A stretch of DNA of 64,000 nt from Giardia intestinalis (lineage: Eukaryota): NCBI GenBank assembly GCA_000002435.2, contig CM018790.1. The stretch is one strand, 5' to 3'. This document shows, in pieces, positions 60,801 through 64,000 of this stretch. The translations under genes were made by a program, and so were the position numbers. A model generated the notes under the pieces. That model searched no databases and was not told where the DNA came from. It saw nothing but the letters and a program-made list of their open reading frames with translations. Each line of letters opens with the position of its first letter. The first letter of the stretch is position 1.

Positions 60801-61629
60801 GCTGAAGCTCTTTACACAAACAACTAAAGATGCCATTGTTAAAGTTCTGAGTGAACCCCAAGGTCTCCTTTTCTAACAGTAAGACAAAGGGCCCAATTGC
60901 TGCCACCGTACTGGGAAGAAGATCACATATTGTCAGTAGTCTTTTTTCCGGAAGGCTTTCGCCAGAAGAAGATGAAGATAATGACCCGTACATTGATTTC
61001 AGGGCTTTTTGTACACGTACGCTGTCTAGATAGAGATGATAGCACTCAGTTGACTCCAGAAGAAACTCAAAGCCAATGGGAGTGAGCTCTAAGAGGAGAG
61101 ATCGGAAGGTCCGGAGCTTCGTGTCTGTCATGATGTCTTCTGGAGAAGTCAACTCGGTGTAATGTGAAGATACAAGCAAAAGCAATTGTTCCATTTTGGA
61201 GTAGATCGTTGGCCCAGCAGAGGAAAAATGGGAATAATAATGCCTAGACAGGACTAAAAGCATGTTGTGCAACTCACCAAATCCGTCATGGCCAGCAGCA
61301 GACACCTGCCGAGTCAGCGCAAGAAGACACTTGATCAGAGTAAAAGCAGCAGTAGGCTGATTGCTTGAGAAGCGCTGAATTATGGCCTGTCGTGCATCCG
61401 ACAACCCATCCACTGTGAGTGCCCAGGTGTAAACATGAAACACAACTGTTGGAGTCACTGAGGCTATGTGGTGAATAACAGAACAAATCAGGTCATCAAC
61501 TTGGCTTGCGTCGTAGCTTAACCTCGAAAACTCACGCGTGAACTCTTGACCCTCAAAGCTAACAAACCGCACCACAAGGGATTTTCCGGGATCAAGAAGT
61601 GCCTCCAGCGGGAGAGAGGGCTCACCCAT
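54874..61629 (-). CDS. giant hypothetical protein (about 2250 aa)
   Basis: Uninterrupted minus-strand ORF. The ORF-track start at 61698 is GTG, embedded in GTGA with the upstream LRR gene's stop. The first ATG is at 61629 (MGEPSLPLEALL…). Helical and leucine-rich throughout; no catalytic motifs. Confidence 0.65.
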   Translation of the reverse strand: MGEPSLPLEALLDPGKSLVVRFVSFEGQEFTREFSRLSYDASQVDDLICSVIHHIASVTPTVVFHVYTWALTVDGLSDARQAIIQRFSSNQPTAAFTLIKCLLALTRQVSAAGHDGFGELHNMLLVLSRHYYSHFSSAGPTIYSKMEQLLLLVSSHYTELTSPEDIMTDTKLRTFRSLLLELTPIGFEFLLESTECYHLYLDSVRVQKALKSMYGSLSSSSSGESLPEKRLLTICDLLPSTVAAIGPFVLLLEKETLGFTQNFNNGIFSCLCKELQHKADSDLVSIYIYSSLLSLHRGLVSLREQAVNLVDTDSLSVRVELLVSRFSSLCLTGSREFRVCFVNDRLCTFVYWLCIFHAISIILNALALQLSCPIHSDRSMLSALTSNIFQQLSSHNFDTLPFLDDLEESQQDVIKLCNLCLLGRDTTELDTVSCVLTLQLHIFLYRMHTYQHGSAEIEKSSFTLRINNTLLDPPFPSADTCSANIFLSLLSSWDFLFSEEYSAIFRPSEPTMQPTHAYAILNACRDRYAGTLSALEALRLVLHILKAVCIDYLSEHEVTCLHTTLQTLLLQLTATAADINVDAADVVLADILAQIISIMQSILLSNKYNELLNHISGLGSCVGCVSSSVQSTSIGLFPKTAEFCRCIPSLSLCILSLFIDHHVGAGKELSTLITFVSFLLSDDTHYIPVRNEQCNVYATTVVVLKITGLLLTTFSDKLMGGAAMYFEIAKFSRYMLYVAIIGTLGSEEVPSDCTRMPYPDTLIGTCQKIFPEAYQRDLNTEPLCHMCHTCLEVLLKALSIQDVLSLTSSLESKQRLTDTSSLNSATLFTELLLVILVVVYALPAEHHQPIVLSYLNGIRGHIKISTDHLELVMLIYKSLDNQSDSVSVYRYHVSFSIFFLLISDGGILKGVSTSSGIQELSHKLGSTLVDRELDRSAGFYQMVTMTWIDVLQYLSVHYDALGAEHSAYKMAIAEELPVTCEATSSFALAELLSVYDLLNDLPERKKLVLYIFLITLCARSRGASLEQMCLIVPSFSLLIFFVVREVVNFGLTLTLSLLETVLTMIGCVSTWDDIAGNLTEKISCDIVSFWLATVHLCELSEACSLLNVYPSVAELVGRCMVALGCSVDKPETFAKLRHLWASRTVPTLRDPFQFIHGIITRVEPTLTEHFMDEYRRFHEHNLYDILQNSTDHPWKELSSHLSDLMVSPSTDSIEKRLSNLLRLLVLEYFDHLNTRLKPAKLGKVSTRALASLFNTTTSLHALTKAVEDILASLDTLRDDLPTLVSKNLRQKLTKFTQLTRFFATYTYFLAHEGSEGLIDPSHAHLRSPIVVPQFGSLSFSEFTQAQEEEYYTIMVISLSKLDHSLNVSSCTISADSSVLHQWSKQEQRDNGMPRVCTLLQANMKIFTQLTSFHGKILEIDFHHDDNVSNSSADKQVELIDINSDPLDALPAPDNKQRVSLSSLRKRARARFNRETISTSLSLVGDISDDSFLVSQGKQSTGCIGRQADQKSELSPKAALNKLLAIESQLHSYLELSQPIELLNIHAPYTGQPHTEEQNALQQFCQNHYNIVALILETYKTLDTGNQQTCDISTILSKRVTLFTSACVGYFMKAYIGVHPCPIDVTSRGLLYVVDFYVFNGVYRLIEISHVQRHYSMLFYLFTAKGFHIESLLYSINRMAFLKYQFLTPLLAYWIQLYKNSSGASISRRRLRYLPSIRSLVLVDAGLARSTLSYIRGAGRTKVSSFAFSTFIKMLCYSYRIEAQLPTILKILNFSFPAKLRIIEEEASAKLKLLKPIVTGEDEELVALLLFKSGKLAPDLQNAIEDYESADKLVTDGRAKVIKYPLPPHLKDTTIYYSPRCDMTVVKGSSLEDLANKMHNLKYYNWCYRAVKTISCGGCYKDPSPHELTQLRYFQQVPPSATSHLLVASNYWKYRSAINYVCFCSSTEPFQEEISAILQRGRSIYGLYVPATFIQTVSFAFAKAGHISIINSVTLRADEYTLCTEQTIKKEGTQQQSQPPLPIDFTDECTVNSLALWYCLIKLLLSRVSNIIMDHPIEPQLDDIVGRPGCFKYNATGFSMPMFSAQKSHNTASRTELTQKLTQIMGIDIIGEEESHRLNKSTDDSKRSPGSFLPYNGSTSQYFEWAQIKGRKNSYVLVCSSLWQLVNMAFAERGVIHVAAGRGDIPKYILNIDAVQSNRSLEIAIDRYRSLFRAELDSLKLSLLHVYLAQKNFLWTAPDTELAKSIIQELRI

Positions 61630-61694
61630 GAGTGCCAAAGGCGGGGCAGGACAGGGCTTATGGAGAAGATAGTTGAGCAAATTTAAAACCAAAT

Positions 61695-62480
61695 TCACCG
61701 TTTACTCAGCATGGCAGATATAGTCGACTTTACGCTTTCCAGCTGAGTCGAATCCAGCTCATTAAGAAGAGAAATGATGGCTGTCATGACGTGTTGGCTC
61801 CCTCGGCTGAGACTGGGACCAGAGCTCTGCTTGTTGAGCTGATGTGAGCGCGAATCCCTGTCCTGGGCCGTTGGATGTGCCGGTTCTCCCCAGCCCTGGC
61901 GTCTTTGACTATTTGGACTGCGGTCCTGATAAGCTGCAGCTGCAGGCTGTGGCTGATTATCTTGTGGCGGCTGGCTATATCGTCTCGGCGGCGGCAGTGA
62001 GGGAGCAGCATTCGCACTTGCGCTTGTCACGTTCGCAGCACTTGAGGGAAGCTCAATGGGAACTGTGAACCTTGTGCGTGCGGCCTCTTGAATCTCGGCC
62101 TGTGTGATATCGACGTCATCCAAGCGCTTCAGTTGTGGAAGGGCCTTGATTACATAACTTCGATACTGGGGATGGTCGGCGATGGGATTCTCACACAGCC
62201 AGAGCACGCTCAAATTGCGCAGGCCGCGCAAGTAAACGACCTCGCGGAGATCTGTAATGGCGTTTTTGCGAAGATATATCTCTGTCAGTGCGTGACACTG
62301 TGCAAAATCGGAGAGGGAATTGATGGAATTAACAGATAGGCTGAGAACCTCAACATTGATGAGTTCCCTGAGTACAGACACGTCACGAAGCTCGCTACCC
62401 CATATGTTAAGGTGTTTGACGTCCTTTAGGTCAGACTTCTTAGTCTTTGCAAGAATATAGTTACGAGTCAAAGTACTCAT
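61695..62480 (-). CDS. leucine-rich-repeat protein (SDS22-like LRRs) with a P/Q-rich low-complexity tail
   Basis: LxxLxLxxNxI repeats: LNIWGSELRDVSVL, VEVLSLSVNSINSL, LTEIYLRKNAITDL, LRNLSVLWLCENPIA. Then LRRcap-like, then an A/P/Q-rich segment. Confidence 0.7.
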   Translation of the reverse strand: MSTLTRNYILAKTKKSDLKDVKHLNIWGSELRDVSVLRELINVEVLSLSVNSINSLSDFAQCHALTEIYLRKNAITDLREVVYLRGLRNLSVLWLCENPIADHPQYRSYVIKALPQLKRLDDVDITQAEIQEAARTRFTVPIELPSSAANVTSASANAAPSLPPPRRYSQPPQDNQPQPAAAAYQDRSPNSQRRQGWGEPAHPTAQDRDSRSHQLNKQSSGPSLSRGSQHVMTAIISLLNELDSTQLESVKSTISAMLSKR

Positions 62481-63211
62481 TTTTAGTTTTTGGGATCTTT
62501 TCTGTACCCCAACCGGACCTCAGTTGGCCAGCGGATGCTTGCGCACGATGATCCGATAAGTAAGTTAGTGTGGGAATGGGCCACTAAGGTAGACGTTGTA
62601 GTTTGCTCTTCAACAAAACGCTTTTTGGGTCCTGCTTTTTAAATAAGGTGATTACCCTCTACTGCGAGGTTCGTAAGAGCGCAGGTAACTCTTTAGCAAA
62701 CCTGGGAAATTGAAAATTTGATTTAAATTCCCCACTTTAGGCGTGATTCTAGTCTTTGCAAAGCTCAACGTATGCAGCACAATGTGATCACTAGTTTTCC
62801 ATCTTTGCCAATTACAATCCAGTAGATTCGAATATCCTGGCCGAGATATGTGAAGGTTTGTTGCATTAGCACTTCCAACTAAGAAAAAAGAGATTTTGTA
62901 GTGGAGGAAATCGACGAGCAGGGCCTTAGTGTACATCTGCAATTAACACTCTAACACGTCCACGGAGTTCTGGACCATGAAAGCTCACTTCAGCGTTGCA
63001 GACTCCAGCGTGCGAATGTAGGGGGCATACCTCTAGGCATGAAGTGTATGGGAAGGGTTATCAAAAGATTTTGTCGCTATAGCAGCAGGTATTTCTTACA
63101 AAGGGGGTGAGTAGTGTGTAGTGGCCACTGTGGAAGCGCTGGATTGTTATGGTGACGCCAGCTAATAATTTTACTCCCAGTCCCCTGCAGCTTTATATTA
63201 ACTAAAAAAAT

Positions 63212-63979
63212 ATGAGCTACGATTCCGATGTTGCAACGTTCAGCCCCACAGGAAAGCTAAATCAGATTACCTACGCAATGGAGGCGCCAAGCTTTGGGTC
63301 GCCCTCCGTGGGTCTTGCCTCGAAGGACGCTGTTGTGCTGGTGGCTGTCCGACGTCAGACAACGCCTCTCAGCTCCTTCCAGGATAAGCTTTTCGAAGTT
63401 GACAAGCACATAGGCATCTGCATCAGTGGGATATACGCTGATGCCTACAAGATGCTTCGTTTACTGCGCGATGAGTGCACCGAATACACCTATGTATACG
63501 ATACACCTCACCCCGTTGGCCCCCTGGTCGCTAAACTTGCCGAGGATGCACAGGCGCGCACGCAGTTCTGGGGCTACAGGCCTTACGGCGCATCTCTCCT
63601 TATTGGAGGAATCGATACTCGCAACAATAAGCAAACACCTCGTCTCTACGTGCTTTCTCCCAATGCTGTATTCAAGGAGTATAGGGCAGTATCACTCGGA
63701 ATGGGCTCCCAGACAATCAATACTCATCTGAAAAGCCATGTAGATGAGTATGAGAACGCATCCGTTGAGCGTCTTATAGCATTGGCTCTTGATTCTCTTG
63801 GAACGGGCGTCAAAGATTGCAGGCCTTCAGAAAAGAATCTCAGCATTGGCGTGCTGGACAGAACCACGGGCGGCGTCCTGCGCATATTGACGAAGGAGGA
63901 GATTCTGCCGCATATACAGAGATTCGAATTAGACAATCCTCTGCAAGATATTGACCAAGATTCTGATAACTTGGACTGA
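63212..63979 (+). CDS. proteasome alpha-type subunit
   Basis: N-terminal alpha signature YDSDVATFSPTGKLNQITYAMEA (Y-D-x-x-x-T-x-F-S-P-x-G-x-L-x-Q-x-E-Y-A-x-E-A). No Thr1. Acidic C-terminal tail. Confidence 0.85.
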   Translation: MSYDSDVATFSPTGKLNQITYAMEAPSFGSPSVGLASKDAVVLVAVRRQTTPLSSFQDKLFEVDKHIGICISGIYADAYKMLRLLRDECTEYTYVYDTPHPVGPLVAKLAEDAQARTQFWGYRPYGASLLIGGIDTRNNKQTPRLYVLSPNAVFKEYRAVSLGMGSQTINTHLKSHVDEYENASVERLIALALDSLGTGVKDCRPSEKNLSIGVLDRTTGGVLRILTKEEILPHIQRFELDNPLQDIDQDSDNLD

Positions 63980-64000
63980 CGTTGTGGGTAAACCTTGCTA

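Noticed and set aside
62821-62840. GATTCGAAT, a tRNA T-loop-like string in the long intergenic region.
   Set aside because: The flanking bases cannot form a 5-bp T-stem or an acceptor stem on either strand. No anticodon-arm candidate.
1-64000. Prokaryote-style systems (CRISPR arrays, operons, restriction-modification or toxin-antitoxin cassettes) and mobile elements (Giardia GilM/GilT/GilD retrotransposons).
   Set aside because: No direct-repeat/spacer architecture and no reverse transcriptase or endonuclease motifs were seen. Gene structure is eukaryotic (poly(A) signals, monocistronic units, kinase and ankyrin repertoire).

Overview
This 64-kb window is a gene-dense, essentially intron-free eukaryotic chromosome segment. 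Coding density is about 90% and GC is roughly 49%, with some blocks above 60% GC. I read it as a diplomonad, most likely Giardia intestinalis. The basis is: two NEK-type kinases with C-terminal ankyrin repeats; a high-cysteine membrane protein (HCMP, a VSP relative) with many CXXC motifs; AGTRAAY polyadenylation signals immediately after stop codons (AGTAAAC at 21421 and 39768, AGTGAAT at 33045, AGTAAAT on the minus strand at 18472); very short AT-rich initiator-like promoters (…TTTAAAAATG) in intergenic gaps of 30-150 bp; and several convergent or overlapping gene ends. Recognisable housekeeping genes are: AP endonuclease, phosphatidylinositol synthase, thioredoxin reductase, RuvB-like 1, proteasome beta and alpha subunits, RNase P/MRP subunit POP5, V-ATPase subunit a, a DEAH-box and a DEAD-box helicase, a Kelch protein and an LRR protein. 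There are also seven large lineage-specific hypothetical proteins of 1030 to 3377 aa. The less ordinary items are: (1) a TtcA-family PP-loop protein whose SGGxDS ATP-binding loop is replaced, sitting in a >60% GC block; (2) a GC-rich stretch of about 1.0 kb (within a 1.4-kb gap) with no long ORF in any frame; (3) an ABCA-type nucleotide-binding-domain fragment that starts at Walker B directly after the V-ATPase stop codon, with a separate ABCA-like TMD gene at the window edge; (4) a catalytically dead NEK pseudokinase alongside an active NEK. Several 'starts' in the supplied ORF track are GTG/TTG codons, which are not usable in a eukaryote, and I have corrected them to the first ATG. I had no tools, so tRNA and snoRNA genes cannot be excluded, and all family assignments come from motif reading, not searches.
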